Shown: positions 45,809 to 60,507, counted from the first letter of the stretch. The stretch: 64,000 bases of DNA from Paraspadella gotoi (GCA_051294375.1 CM119268.1:5569221-5633220); one strand, 5' to 3'. Numbers and translations: made by a program. Notes: a model not told the origin generated them from the letters alone.

Positions 45809-47622
45809 GAGCCTCGTTATTTTCCCCCATTACCGTTACAGGCGAAAAATAAAAGAAAAAAGAAAAGAAAAAGGGTAGAAAAAAGTAAGTAAACATAAAA
45901 GATAAGTTGGATGATGACGATGAAGTCTAATGAAGCCGAGTCGGCCAAGAAAAACCATCGCTAATCGAGGGATAGAAAAAGTTGCGATGGGTAACTTGTG
46001 TACATTGGCAAAGGTCGTTGTTGTTTATTGCTGTTGGCTGTTCGTCGTCGTCGTCGTCGTCGTCGTTGTTGTTGTTGTTGTTTGTTGATGATGATGATGA
46101 TGGTTTTTGTTTTACAAGCAAAATTTATGAATAAATCTATCGGTTTGTTCTAATAAAAAATTACGAAAAAAAAAATTAAGCCTCTATTTCTCTCTCTCNN
46201 NNNNNNNNNNNNNNNNNNNNNNNNNNNNNNNNNNNNNNNNNNNNNNNNNNNNNNNNNNNNNNNNNNNNNNNNNNNNNNNNNNNNNNNNNNNNNNNNNNNN
46301 NNNNNNNNNNNNNNNNNNNNNNNNNNNNNNNNNNNNNNNNNNNNNNNNNNNNNNNNNNNNNNNNNNNNNNNNNNNNNNNNNNNNNNNNNNNNNNNNNNNN
46401 NNNNNNNNNNNNNNNNNNNNNNNNNNNNNNNNNNNNNNNNNNNNNNNNNNNNNNNNNNNNNNNNNNNNNNNNNNNNNNNNNNNNNNNNNNNNNNNNNNNN
46501 NNNNNNNNNNNNNNNNNNNNNNNNNNNNNNNNNNNNNNNNNNNNNNNNNNNNNNNNNNNNNNNNNNNNNNNNNNNNNNNNNNNNNNNNNNNNNNNNNNNN
46601 NNNNNNNNNNNNNNNNNNNNNNNNNNNNNNNNNNNNNNNNNNNNNNNNNNNNNNNNNNNNNNNNNNNNNNNNNNNNNNNNNNNNNNNNNNNNNNNNNNNN
46701 NNNNNNNNNNNNNNNNNNNNNNNNNNNNNNNNNNNNNNNNNNNNNNNNNNNNNNNNNNNNNNNNNNNNNNNNNNNNNNNNNNNNNNNNNNNNNNNNNNNN
46801 NNNNNNNNNNNNNNNNNNNNNNNNNNNNNNNNNNNNNNNNNNNNNNNNNNNNNNNNNNNNNNNNNNNNNNNNNNNNNNNNNNNNNNNNNNNNNNNNNNNN
46901 NNNNNNNNNNNNNNNNNNNNNNNNNNNNNNNNNNNNNNNNNNNNNNNNNNNNNNNNNNNNNNNNNNNNNNNNNNNNNNNNNNNNNNNNNNNNNNNNNNNN
47001 NNNNNNNNNNNNNNNNNNNNNNNNNNNNNNNNNNNNNNNNNNNNNNNNNNNNNNNNNNNNNNNNNNNNNNNNNNNNNNNNNNNNNNNNNNNNNNNNNNNN
47101 NNNNNNNNNNNNNNNNNNNNNNCTCTCTCTCTCTCTCTCTCTCATTTTCTTTTTTTCAAATTTTAAAAATGAGGCATGGGATGAAAATAAATTTTTTTCA
47201 ATCAATGTTAATCAAAAACTTCTGCTCCTCCTTTTTCTCCTCCTTCTCTTCCTCCTCCTCCTTCTCATCTATTGTAATGATAACTTGAAAAATAATGACG
47301 ATGAAGACGACGACTACATAATGAGTACATATGTCTCTACTGATTGTTTTGATGACGATAAAAGAAGTTACAATTTATTTCATGAGTGAGAGAGTCTTGA
47401 CTTGCAGTTTCCTGCCATTATCTTGTAAAAGAAATGAAGGTAAGGCCTTCCAAAGCCCGTCTAAAGACAGGGAATAAACAGCAAATTTAATAATAATTAT
47501 AATAATTTCATAAATGTATCGTTTTTCGTTTTCGTAGTACTAATCTCGTTATTTTTCGTTCAAACGGAGAGACGCGCAGCTTTAACTCGTCATCAGGTGT
47601 TTTCAACAGAGAGGGTCAGACC

Positions 47623-47692
<70 letters not shown>

Positions 47693-49789
47693 CACCCTTC
47701 CCAGATGAGCCCTCCTTTCCGTTTTCGTTACACGCGTTGAGAATTTTTATGTTTCATCGCAGAAATACGTTTTTTTTTAGGTGAATGTCTTTTTGCCTTG
47801 TGTCTTTTTGTTTTCTTTTGCGTTCTTTTGTTTTCTCAAATCTTTTTGTATTTTGTCTTTTTGTTTTTTCTTGTGTCTTTATGTTTTCTCCTGCCGTTTT
47901 TTATTGTCATTTTCTCCTTTTTTTTTGTTTTCCTGTGTTTTTCTTGTCTTTTAATGTTTTTTTTTATCCTGTTTTGTCTTTTCGTTTTTTATCGTATTTT
48001 TTTATTCGTCTTGTGTCGTTCGGTTTTTGTTTTGGTTTGATAAGAAATCTTCGTGGTTTAAGAATGATAATTTATTATACAATTCATGTGTCAACGAATC
48101 ATATTTTAGGGAAAATACAGTTTATTTATGCAGTATATTATGATCCCCCATCCATCTAGTNNNNNNNNNNNNNNNNNNNNNNNNNNNNNNNNNNNNNNNN
48201 NNNNNNNNNNNNNNNNNNNNNNNNNNNNNNNNNNNNNNNNNTAGTGTTTTTGCTGGCGGGTTAAGATTTTGATTAATTATAGATAACACTTTTTTTCAGA
48301 TATTAAATCATCGCTTTAAAAGTATCTCGAAAATTGTAAATGTCAAGAAGGCGATTGAGATCGATGACGACGACGACTTAATTGAAAACAGACACAGAAC
48401 TTTTCATTTTCATCTTTATGCCTTAACACTTACAGATGTTTTCATCTTTATGCCTTAACACTTACAGATGTTTCTATTCTACCCTAATTCCCTAATTCCT
48501 TTCTCTTTTTTTTTTCGTTGAACAGTAAAGGCGGGCAATGAAACACAGTCTGTCTCGAAAATGTCTATCGGTTCGTCTGTCTTTATATGAAATATATTTT
48601 TCTGCATGTACAAATTTATGTGTATATAATGCATGTAATCANNNNNNNNNNNNNNNNNNNNNNNNNNNNNNNNNNNNNNNNNNNNNNNNNNNNNNNNNNN
48701 NNNNNNNNNNNNNNNNNNNNNNNNNNNNNNNNNNNNNNNNNNNNNNNNNNNNNNNNNNNNNNNNNNNNNNNNNNNNNNNNNNNNNNNNNNNNNNNNNNNN
48801 NNNNNNNNNNNNNNNNNNNNNNNNNNNNNNNNNNNNNNNNNNNNNNNNNNNNNNNNNNNNNNNNNNNNNNNNNNNNNNNNNNNNNNNNNNNNNNNNNNNN
48901 NNNNNNNNNNNNNNNNNNNNNNNNNNNNNNNNNNNNNNNNNNNNNNNNNNNNNNNNNNNNNNNNNNNNNNNNNNNNNNNNNNNNNNNNNNNNNNNNNNNN
49001 NNNNNNNNNNNNNNNNNNNNNNNNNNNNNNNNNNNNNNNNNNNNNNNNNNNNNNNNNNNNNNNNNNNNNNNNNNNNNNNNNNNNNNNNNNNNNNNNNNNN
49101 NNNNNNNNNNNNNNNNNNNNNNNNNNNNNNNNNNNNNNNNNNNNNNNNNNNNNNNNNNNNNNNNNNNNNNNNNNNNNNNNNNNNNNNNNNNNNNNNNNNN
49201 NNNNNNNNNNNNNNNNNNNNNNNNNNNNNNNNNNNNNNNNNNNNNNNNNNNNNNNNNNNNNNNNNNNNNNNNNNNNNNNNNNNNNNNNNNNNNNNNNNNN
49301 NNNNNNNNNNNNNNNNNNNNNNNNNNNNNNNNNNNNNNNNNNNNNNNNNNNNNNNNNNNNNNNNNNNNNNNNNNNNNNNNNNNNNNNNNNNNNNNNNNNN
49401 NNNNNNNNNNNNNNNNNNNNNNNNNNNNNNNNNNNNNNNNNNNNNNNNNNNNNNNNNNNNNNNNNNNNNNNNNNNNNNNNNNNNNNNNNNNNNNNNNNNN
49501 NNNNNNNNNNNNNNNNNNNNNNNNNNNNNNNNNNNNNNNNNNNNNNNNNNNNNNNNNNNNNNNNNNNNNNNNNNNNNNNNNNNNNNNNNNNNNNNNNNNN
49601 NNNNNNNNNTAAAGGCAAACATTGTTCTCCCCCACCAAATTTCTATAACAAAAAAATCACATCGCACTCTTATTGTCCTCATAATCCTTCCCCGAAAAAA
49701 AAAAAAAAAACCCTCTCCAATTCGAAAAAAAAAAACGTACACAAGTAGGGCAGAGTATTGACACGATTTTCAAACTCACAGCTATAAAG

Positions 49790-49900
49790 ACACGTCACAC
49801 GTGACTCAGGTGACAGTAAGACGCGTCACGTAACGCGGTTTACATTGAAACGCGTCACGTGACTTAGTTTACAGTGAGTTACGTCACGTGACTTACGCCC
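49790..49900. promoter_or_regulatory. Four roughly 29-bp units carrying GTCACGTGAC-type palindromes (E-box/CLEAR-like cluster)
   Basis: gtcacacgtgac, gtcacgtaac, gtcacgtgac and gtcacgtgac at regular spacing. Function is unproven. Confidence 0.4.
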
Positions 49901-50359
49901 GTCTTTAGTTTTCACATCTTTGTCTCACTTTTCACTTCACCATATTTTTCCTCTCTCCTTTTCTTTGTCTTTACTTTCCTTCTTGTTCTCTTTTTTTCCC
50001 TTTTTTTTCGGTGTCAACTCGTGAGACATTTTTATTTCTGTCGGACGAAGCCTCTTTCTCTTTTCGCCGGATCACCCAATTTTTCTCTCTCACTCGCTCT
50101 CACTCGCACTCAACCAGCTCTCACTCTTTGTTCCTCTATCTCTATCAAACTTTCACTCTCTCTCACTCATGTTTAAATCCTCGACCAAATATCATACGTG
50201 TAATATCGCAATTCACAGTGTGAATTTTCAGCACAGATTACTAGATTTTTTGCCTCCTAATCCACCTACTACCAAGTTTAGCTCCTCTACTAACTTTGCT
50301 CTCCCTCTGACTCCGCTTCGCATTCGCGCGACGTTACTTTGTACCTCCTTTACATGCTC

Positions 50360-51030
50360 CACTCCCCTTCCACTACATTCACTCCATCACCCCCTTTCGC
50401 TCTTCCTCTTCCACTTCCCTTCCACCCCATCAACTCCATCACCCNNNNNNNNNNNNNNNNNNNNNNNNNNNNNNNNNNNNNNNNNNNNNNNNNNNNNNNN
50501 NNNNNNNNNNNNNNNNNNNNNNNNNNNNNNNNNNNNNNNNNNNNNNNNNNNNNNNNNNNNNNNNNNNNNNNNNNNNNNNNNNNNNNNNNNNNNNNNNNNN
50601 NNNNNNNNNNNNNNNNNNNNNNNNNNNNNNNNNNNNNNNNNNNNNNNNNNNNNNNNNNNNNNNNNNNNNNNNNCATCATCTCCATCACCCCTTTCGCTCC
50701 TCCTCTTCCACTCCCCTTCCACTCCATCATCTCCATCACCCCTTTCGCTCCTCCTCTTCCANNNNNNNNNNNNNNNNNNNNNNNNNNNNNNNNNNNNNNN
50801 NNNNNNNNNNNNNNNNNNNNNNNNNNNNNNNNNNNNNNNNNNNNNNNNNNNNNNNNNNNNNNNNNNNNNNNNNNNNNNNNNNNNNNNNNNNNNNNNNNNN
50901 NNNNNNNNNNNNNNNNNNNNNNNNNNNNNNNNNNNNNNNNNNNNNNNNNNNNNNNNNNNNNNNNNNNNNNNTTCCACTCCCCTTCCACTCCATCAACTCC
51001 ATCACCCCTTTCGCTCCTCCTCTTCCACTC
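50360..51030. repeat. 51-bp C/T-rich minisatellite, partly in gaps
   Basis: Unit CCACTCCCCTTCCACTCCATCATCTCCATCACCCCTTTCGCTCCTCCTCTT. A noisy gap-free version lies at about 52060-52705. Confidence 0.85.
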
Positions 51031-51238
51031 CGGATCGACCCCATAATTTCTTCCACCAATTTTCGCAGCTGGCCTTTGTCTCGGCGCGTTGGGAGGAGCC
51101 GTCTGAGCCGATGGAAAGGGTTAGGCCTCTCGGGGGGTGAAGAGAGGCCAGGACGCGGGAAATAGAGGCCAACGGATAAAAAAGAGGCCAATCGAATCAA
51201 AAGAACCCAATTCNNNNNNNNNNNNNNNNNNNNNNNNN

Positions 51239-52905
51239 TAAAGGCAAACATTGTTCTCCCCCACCAAATTTCTATAACAAAAAAATCACATCGCACTCTT
51301 ATTGTCCTCATAATCCTTCCCCGAAAAAAAAAAAAAAAACCCTCTCCAATTCGAAAAAAAAAAACGTACACAAGTAGGGCAGAGTATTGACACGATTTTC
51401 AAACTCACAGCTATAAAGACACGTCACACGTGACTCAGGTACAGTAAGATCGCCGTACGTAACGCGGTTTACATTGAATACGCGTCACCGTGACTTAGTT
51501 TACACGTGGAGTAGCTCACGTCGTCGACGTTAACGCTCGTCTTTAGTTTCACATACTTTAACTTGTACTCACTTTCACTTTCACCATAACAAATTTTTCC
51601 TCTCTCCTTGTTCTTTGTCTTTACTTCCTTCTTGTTCCTTTTTTCCCTTTTTTAAATTTATCGCGTGTCAACTCGTTGAGACATTTTTTATTTCGTGGAC
51701 GAAGCCCTCTTTCTCTTTTCGGGGCCGGTGATTCGTGTCACCCATTTTTATTCTCTCTCCACTCGCTCTCACTCAGCACTCAAACCAGCTCTCACTCTTT
51801 TCTGTTCCTCTATCTCTATCAAACTATTCAACTCTCTCTCACTCGATTGTAATCCTCGACCAGAATATCATATCGTGTAATATCGCAAATCACAGGTTGT
51901 GAATTATTCAGCACAGGATACGTAGTTTTTTGCTCCTAATACCAGCTCGACCTTGACTACCGAAGAGCTCCTCTACTAAACTTTGCTTCTCCCTTGACTC
52001 CGTCTCTTGCGCATTCGCATGCGACGCTTACTTTGTAACCTCCTTTACATTTGCTCCACTTTCCCTTTCCACTACATTATCACTGCCATACCCCCTTTCG
52101 CTCTCTCCTCTTCCACTTCCCTTCCACCCATCAACTCCCATTTCACCCCGTTTTCGCTCACTCTCTTCGACTCCCTCCACCCCATCACTCATCACCTTCG
52201 CATCTTCCTCGTGTCCATAGTCCTTCACGCCCATCAACTCCGATCACCCCCCTTCTCCTCGCTCACCTCCTCTTCCACTCCCTTCCACTCATTCATCTCC
52301 ATCACCCCTGCTCCTCCCTCTTCCACCTCCCCTTCCACTCCGATCAACTCCATCACCCCTTTCCGTCCTCCTCTTCCACTCCCCTTCCACTCCCCATCAT
52401 CTCCATCACCCCTTTTGCTCCTCCTCTTCGCACTCCCCTATCCACCCCATCACCTGCAATCACCCTTTCGCTCTCCCTCTTTCACTTCCCTTCCACTCCC
52501 TTCATCTCCATTCACCCCTTTTTCGCTCCTGCCTCTTCCACTCCGCCTTCCACTCCATCAATCTCCATCAACCCGCTTTTCGCTCCTCCTCTTCCACTCC
52601 CTTCCACTCCATCATCTCCATTCACCCTTTCGCTCCTCCACTTCCACTCCCCCTTCCACTCCATCAACTCCATCACCCCTTTTCGCTCCTCCTCTTCCAC
52701 TCCGGAATCGACCCCATAATTTCTTTCCACCAATTTCGCAAGCTGGCCTTTTTTTGTCGGCGCGTTGGGAGGAGCCTCGTTCTGAGCCGATTCTGGAAAG
52801 GGCGTTAGGGCCCTCTCGGATTGGGTGTGACAGAGACCAGGGGACGCGGGAAATATAGGCCAACGGATAAAAAAGATGCCAATCGAAATCAAAAGAACCA
52901 ATTTC
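51239..52905 (+). repeat. Direct duplicate of 49610-51213 (probable gap-filling artefact)
   Basis: Identical for the first approximately 200 bp, then indel-rich. Separated from the first copy by exactly 25 N. Confidence 0.9.
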
Positions 52906-54189
52906 TTTCCTAAAAAAAGAGACTGTAGGTTGGTTGGAGGAAAGGGGATCATTTCCCAGAATCCCACATTTTATCTTAAAATTTGTGAATTAAGATAGTT
53001 TAATTAAATAAAGATTAGGATAGGGTTAGGATTAAAGTCATGGATTAGGGTTTAAGAGAAATTAACTGAGACAAAAGTAAGTAAGGTTACGGAGGGATTA
53101 GTTAAGAGTGGACATTGTGATTTAGGTTATCATGAGCAGGTGTTTCGGATTGTGTTATGGGAATTAAAATTTAGCTGCGTTAGATATTAGTGCCGTCTTA
53201 AAAATTTTAGGCCCAATCAGGGTTAAGTTTTATGGTGTGCAATGGATAAGTTAAGATTAGGTTAGATATTGGTTTATAAGTTTAAAAATATTTTTAGGTT
53301 TAAATATAAGGTTAAATAAAAAGACTCGAGGCAGTAAAACATTGAAAGAAGGGCGGCCAGTCTTGGCTAAAGAAAAGAAGAGAGGCCAATAAAAACAATG
53401 AAAGAAGGGAGGCCAGTGACGGCCAAAAGAAAGAAGAGCGGCCAGGTTGACGTCGGCGGAGAAATGGAAGGAAAGAGACGAAAAACTAGTTCGCTTAGAT
53501 GTCGCCGTCAAATTGAGCGAAAAAGAAAAAGAAAACAAAAGGGAAGGAAACGCGAACGTAAAGAGAAGCGAGAAAGAAAGACGACCAGAAAAGAAAGAAA
53601 CAATTTTACTTAAAAAGAAAGAGAAACGGAAATAAAGATGCGTACAACTCTACACATGGTGGTGAAATTTAAAATAGTTAGGTTAGAGGGGGAAAAAACA
53701 CCAGTTATATTGTTTTATATATAAAAAAAATATTAAAAGAAGAAAAGGTTGAATTAGTTTCTGTAACGAATTTATTTATAAAAAAAAAAAAAACACAATT
53801 TAAGGAAGACACACTTCCCATTCTTTCTTTTTTTTTTCTCTTCTCTCTCTCTCTCTCTTCTCTCTCTCTACTCTCTCTCTCTCTTTCTCTTAACATAGAT
53901 TTAGTCCTCTCGGCCTGAAAATGAACCATAGCGGTCTCTATTTCTCGACTCGAACCCAAATTTGTGGAGTTGACGCTGGCGAGGAGTATATGAATGGAGG
54001 AGAATGCCCTCTCTCAACCTCTCTTTCTCTCTGCTCTCTGCGTGCTCTCTCTCTTTCTCTCTCTCTCTCTCTCCTCCTCTTTCTCTCTCCTCTCTTTCTT
54101 TTTCAATTATTCCTTAATTTTTCTTATTCGTTGTTATTTTTAGAAGATTTTTCCAGGCTTTTTGTATTTTTCGCAAAACTCGATGAACA

Positions 54190-54252
54190 ACTCTCTCTCT
54201 CTCTCTCTCTCCTCTCTCACTCTCTCTCTCTCTCTCTCTCTCTCCCTCTCCC

Positions 54253-54345
<93 letters not shown>

Positions 54346-54456
54346 ATCTCTCTCTCTCTGCTCTCTCTTCTCCCTCTCTCTCTCTCTCTCTCCCTCTCTC
54401 TCTTCTCTCTCTCTCTCTCTCTCTCCTCTTTCCTCTCTCTCTCTTTCTCTCTCTCT

Positions 54457-54487
<31 letters not shown>

Positions 54488-54505
54488 CCTCTCTCTCTCT
54501 CTCTC
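54190..54505. repeat. Long imperfect (CT)n microsatellite
   Basis: About 315-bp pyrimidine dinucleotide tract. Confidence 0.95.
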
Positions 54506-54866
54506 CAGCCCTCTTTCTCTTTAATAAAGACTTTATAGTATCCCAGAGAGATTTTCTAAACTTACGAGAGAATTACTCTCAAGGTCCTCTGGACTCTTAT
54601 TCCTTCCTCCCTTTTTCCTCCTCCTCCTCTTCCTCCTCCTTTTCCTCCTTTTTTCTATTCAATACTTCTTGCCCGGAGGAGTTAGAGAGAGAAGGAGACG
54701 AGCAGAGAGGATGAGACGACGACGAGGAGAGAGGAGGATTGAGATGAGAGATGAGAGAGAGACGGAGGTGAAGAGAGAGAGGCGAAAGTGAGAAAGAGAA
54801 GAGGAGGCTACAGAAAGGGACGTGAGGAGTCGCGAGTGAGATGAAAGTAAGTAAAGATAGAAGAAA

Positions 54867-54910
<44 letters not shown>

Positions 54911-55169
54911 AGAGAGAGAGAGAGAGATAGAGAGACAGAGACAGAGACAGAGAGAGAGAGATCGGGAAGAAAGACCGGCTTCTTTGTTTACAAACGGAAA
55001 GGATTTAGGGAGCGAGAGGATATAGTGTCTCTCTCTTTCTCTCTCTCCCTCTCTAACCCTCCCTATCTCTCTCTCTCTGCCCCATTCTTTCATGGGTTTC
55101 CGGTTCATGATTACCAACGACACTCAATCAACTCTATCGCTTTTTTGTCGTCTATCGTCGTCGTCATTT

Positions 55170-55200
<31 letters not shown>

Positions 55201-57303
55201 TATCATTGTTATCGTCCTCTCTGTCGTCGTTGTCATTTATCGTTGTCGACATTAATGTCATTTTAAATACATTTTCATTATTCACCTAACATTGTCATCA
55301 ACTACATTGTTGTTCTATTTTCATTATTTACTGTATTTCTTTTTTTATTGTCATCATTCATTATAATTCAATCTTACATNNNNNNNNNNNNNNNNNNNNN
55401 NNNNTATTGTCATCATTAATTTTAAATGTTGCTGTTTTTTTTTTTTAATTTTCTGTTTTCTAATCATCAATGTTTCATTTTGCGCGAATCGTCCATTATT
55501 CTTAACTTTTTATAAGAGTAAGCTTTAAGTATTATTCTTATTAATTTTCGTTTAGAATAGTATTGTCTGTTACCTTGCGTCGTCGTCGTCGCTGGTCCGT
55601 CATCGTCGTTATGTCATCGTCGTCATCATCATCGTACGTTTTCCTTTGTCTTAACATTTTAGTGTCGGCTGGTAATCGAATGATGAGTGTAAATGCTTCC
55701 TATCGTCGTGCGTGTATGTACGCTTCGTCATCTCGTCTCTTAATCGATTGTATATGAACATAAGATCGTAAAGAATAACCTGTGTTGTAATCAATATTAA
55801 GAATCCTGTAGTATAGTTTCATTTAATTTAAGAATATATTTTAATACATGTTATTGTCTGATAAAGATCAGGATCTTAAATTCAAGTCGATCTCTTAAAT
55901 AAGCATTCGCTGTAATATGTTGTTGAAACTGATCATGTATATTATACTGTTATAAGTAAAATATAGATTGTATTCGTCGTCGTCATCTTCGTCGCTATAA
56001 TAAATCGGAAAATACCTGTGTAGTTTCAATTAAAATACCTGTGTAGTTTCATTTAATTAAGTTGTCTTTAAAATTCAGCTTAAATCAAGCGATCCTTAAA
56101 TTAGCATCGCTGTAAAATTTGGTTTGAAATGATTTACTGTTTAATAAAAAAATTGTTGTGTTTGTTGATGATATTGAATCCGTTAGCTCCGGAGATGACT
56201 GTCAGAGATATGATCTATAAATAGTACTATTATTGACTCTCTCTCTCTCTCTCTCTNNNNNNNNNNNNNNNNNNNNNNNNNNNNNNNNNNNNNNNNNNNN
56301 NNNNNNNNNNNNNNNNNNNNNNNNNNNNNNNNNNNNNNNNNNNNNNNNNNNNNNNNNNNNNNNNNNNNNNNNNNNNNNNNNNNNNNNNNNNNNNNNNNNN
56401 NNNNNNNNNNNNNNNNNNNNNNNNNNNNNNNNNNNNNNNNNNNNNNNNNNNNNNNNNNNNNNNNNNNNNNNNNNNNNNNNNNNNNNNNNNNNNNNNNNNN
56501 NNNNNNNNNNNNNNNNNNNNNNNNNNNNNNNNNNNNNNNNNNNNNNNNNNNNNNNNNNNNNNNNNNNNNNNNNNNNNNNNNNNNNNNNNNNNNNNNNNNN
56601 NNNNNNNNNNNNNNNNNNNNNNNNNNNNNNNNNNNNNNNNNNNNNNNNNNNNNNNNNAAAAAAGTAACATGGATGCTCCGCGTTTGCGGCATCTATGCTG
56701 AAAGCTTGCGGCATTAGGTAATAAAATTTTCAAGACATTTCATCGCGTAGTATAAAATAATGTTTCCCTGCCTTAGATGCTTTGTCGGTTGGCGTTGGTT
56801 TAAGAGATAAATCTGTTGCAGAAGGACGACCAATTGAAGACCCACAATGCCGCGCGAAAAGAATTGGAACGACTAATATAAAATTATCTATATTTGTTTA
56901 AATATCTAATAAATGAGTTTTCTTGCAGTTGACCTAGGATTTTGGACTATACATTCCGTAACAGCCGCATTTCAGAGTTAAATTCTATTAAACTATCATT
57001 GCAGATAACAGATTATCAAATAGCTCGACTCACTTGGTTTCTCGGTCTTTTCTGCGGATTGATAAATCAGTTGGATTCTAACCCACACCTAAGTAGAGAA
57101 ATAAAAAAATATTAAATCTAGACAATTCAAACCCATCAATCTCTAATTTTAAACAATTGAATCTACAAGCTGAACTTCTTGTGTTTTTCCTAGTGAATTT
57201 AATTCCCCTTTTCTTCTTTAATAACAAAATAAATCCTTTCATATACGCGGAGTAAGATGCTTAGGGAACGAAAATAAAAACCTCCCAAAAACAAATAGGA
57301 GGC

Positions 57304-57342
<39 letters not shown>

Positions 57343-58024
57343 GAGAGAGAGGGGGGGGGACGGAGGGCAGGGAGGGAAAGTGAGAGAAAGGGAGGAAGAA
57401 AGAGAAAGGTAGGAAGACAAAGAGAGGGAGAGAAAGAGAGAAAAAGAGATAGAAAGAGAGAGAAAGAGAGAGAAGCGGACTCGGGGAGACAGGAAGAGAG
57501 AGAGAGGAGAGAGGAGAGAGAGAAAGAGAGAGGGGAGAAAGAGAGAGAATAAAAAGAAAGAAATTTGTCTTAAGACTTAAAAGAGGATCGAGTTAGTTTG
57601 TTAAGTCGTGGGAAAAGGAAAAGTCTAGGAAATAACGGGAGATTAAGGAAAAGAACTAGAAAAGAAAAGGAAAAGAAGAAAGAAGAAAATAAGAATAAAG
57701 GAGAAAAGGAAAAAGAAAAAAAACCTACTACTACAAAGGAAAAAAAATTTGGGACTTGTGAGTTGTGATCGCCCAAAAAATATGAGTCTGCCCTGATTCA
57801 CTATCGCAGGTGGTCAGTGAAATAAGATGGTGAGTGTGAGAAAGGAGATTCTGGGGGGAGGAGGAGGAGGAGGAGGAGGAGGAAAAGGAGGAAGAGGTGA
57901 AGAAGAATGAAAGTACGGTGAAGTTTTTTCGAAGGTCGAAGAAAAAAATGATAAAAGAAAACAAAAGAGCAACGAAGAAAAACAAGATGGAGGACGAAAA
58001 GGAAAGGAAGAAAAGGAAGGGCAA

Positions 58025-58260
58025 AGTGAGAGAGTAAGCAAAGGAGAAAAGGAAGGGGGAAGTGAGAGAGAAAGCAACGGAGAAAAGGAAGAGGGAAATG
58101 AGAGAGGAAGCAAAGGAGAAAAGGAAGGGGGAAGTGAGAGAGGAAGCAAAGGAGAAAAGGAAGGAGGAAGTGAGAGAGGAAGCAAAGGAGAAAAGGAAGG
58201 AGGAAGTGACAGAGAAGCAAAGGAGAAAAGGAAGGGAGAAGTGAGAGAGTAAGCAAAGGA
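58025..58260. repeat. 36-bp purine-rich minisatellite, about 6 units
   Basis: Unit approximately AAGTGAGAGAGGAAGCAAAGGAGAAAAGGAAGGAGG. Confidence 0.85.
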
Positions 58261-58815
58261 GGAAGACAATGAAGTAAAAAAATTGGAGGAAGATGCAAAA
58301 ACTTTTTTCTCCTTTCCTTTTTTCCCCATCCCTTCCTTTCTTTTCTTTTCCCCTTTCCTCGTTTTCCCTTTCTTTTTACCGTTTTCTCAACAATCTTTTA
58401 CTACTTTCTCCTCCTCCTCTCCCTTTCCTTTATTCTTCCTTCTTTCTCTTCTTTCTCTTTCTTCTTCTTTCCTTCGCTTAATCCTCAGCAAAACGAATTG
58501 AGCCTCTTTCTCACTAGCAGATTTTTTTCCCCTAATCCGTCCAAACTTAGAAGAAGAAAAACCTTTTCTTTTACGTCCAGCATTGTTATGTAGTGAAGAC
58601 AGGATTTTTCTTAAAGTGACTCTGTCTATCTGACTGTGTGATATATGTCTTCCTGTCAGACTGTCTGTCAGTCTGTCTGTCTGTCTTTCGTAAGTTTAAA
58701 GCGGAACACACCAGGTCGTCTTAGTTTATACTTGGCTGTAAAGTGATGACACGGGTATAGCAAAAGATTTTCTTTGTGTATAAGTTTAATAAATCTAGAA
58801 AAAAAATGATTTATG

Positions 58816-58817
58816 GA

Positions 58818-58873
<56 letters not shown>

Positions 58874-58999
58874 AAAAAAGAAAGATAGAAAGAAAGAAAG
58901 AAAGAAAGAAAGAGAGAAAGAAGGAAAGAAAAAAGAAATAAAGAAAGAAAGAAAGAAATAAAGAAAAAGAGAAAGAAAGAAAGACAGAAAGAAAGAAAG
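58816..58999. repeat. (AAAG)n microsatellite
   Basis: Tetranucleotide run that degenerates towards the 3' end. Confidence 0.95.
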
Positions 59000-60289
59000 C
59001 TAGATTCGGGATCCAGCCTTGAAATTTTCTGCCCGCGATCCAAGATTGAGATTTCATCTTTTCTTCCAGATGCGATATTTTCATCCACTGACTCCCGAGG
59101 GAGTTCAGAGAGGGATAAAAGNNNNNNNNNNNNNNNNNNNNNNNNNGAGGGGAGAGGGAGAGCGGGAGACAAAGGAAGAAGATGGGCAGGGCGAGCAGGG
59201 AGGTTAGCGGAAGAGAGGCGAGCCGGGGAGACAGGAGAGGCAGAGGGAGGCGAACCGAGAGGGAGAGGGAGCACAGAGCGAATGAAGAGATGGAGACGGC
59301 GGAGAGGGAGTACGTCTAGCGGAACTGAGCAGACACGGACGTGACATGCAGGGAGCAGAGCCGGTGGTGAGCTGGACAGTAATAGTGGAGTTAATCGAAA
59401 CGAGGTAATGAGAAACCGTGAACTCACAGAGAGAAAGAAAGAAAGGAAAGACGAGCAGAGAGAGAGAGAGACGATAAAGTGATCCGCACGTCGACTATTT
59501 ATTAAACGAACTGGATATTCCTATAATTGATTGTACCGATGTTCATTAGTTATCTTATTAAAACCCAGAAATAGAACATGTGAAAACAAGAAAGACAAGA
59601 AACTTACGACCGAAAGGCTCGAGACCCCGCGCGCACAAGAAGCAAGAAGAGATACATCTTACAGATGATGGGGTTTAGTTATTGAATGGAGCAGGTAAAG
59701 GAAAAGATGGAATAAATAATAAGACGTAATAGAAAAATAAAAAATAATAAAAATAGAAATAATATAGGTAAATGATAGTAATAAAGTAGTGATAATCATG
59801 AGAAAATATATGAAAAGACGGAGTGAACATAAAACTAGAAAAAGCTCACGCAAAATACAAATATTCATACTCGATAATATCACCGGAAGAAACACGAAAA
59901 ACCAGAAAAACAAACTGGGCAAACAAATAGTAACTGGAAAAGCTGATTTTGCGTGTCAGAGCCCGTCTCAGAGCATTTAAGCGCAGAGAGGCGCAGATGG
60001 ACCACGAGAACGCAGGAATAAATAGAACGACAAGCGGAACGCAGGAACGGACGAACGCGAGAGAGGAAGCGGAACGACGCACGTAATGCACGAACTGTAC
60101 GGAGCGATGATACACTGATGACCTAGGAAGTACAGGAACGAACAGAACGAGATTAACAGCCAACACGATTAGACAAAACAAACCGATTGGTCATTTCGAC
60201 CATTTTCCCGTACTTCCCGGGCGTTTATTGCTAGTCTGTATTGTCTTGAGATGAGAGAAAAAAGGAGAGAGAGAGAAGAGAGGAGAGAG

Positions 60290-60333
<44 letters not shown>

Positions 60334-60474
60334 GAATGAGAGGCGAAGACTAGGACTTGGAAAAAGAAATACCAGCCAACCTAATTAGTAAACAGATAAT
60401 CATAAAAAAAACAAGAATTAAAAAAAACGCAAAAATGAGCCGACCGAAGAGACGAGAGCATGAGAGAGACACTT

Positions 60475-60507
<33 letters not shown>

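Noticed and set aside
56660-57100. Possible exons in a complex, moderately GC-rich patch
   Set aside because: Candidate acceptors exist, but I found no recognisable protein motif or consistent donor and frame.
59147-60230. Purine-rich unique-looking sequence with several ORFs
   Set aside because: It follows a 25-N gap, has the texture of raw-read noise, and shows no coherent coding signal.
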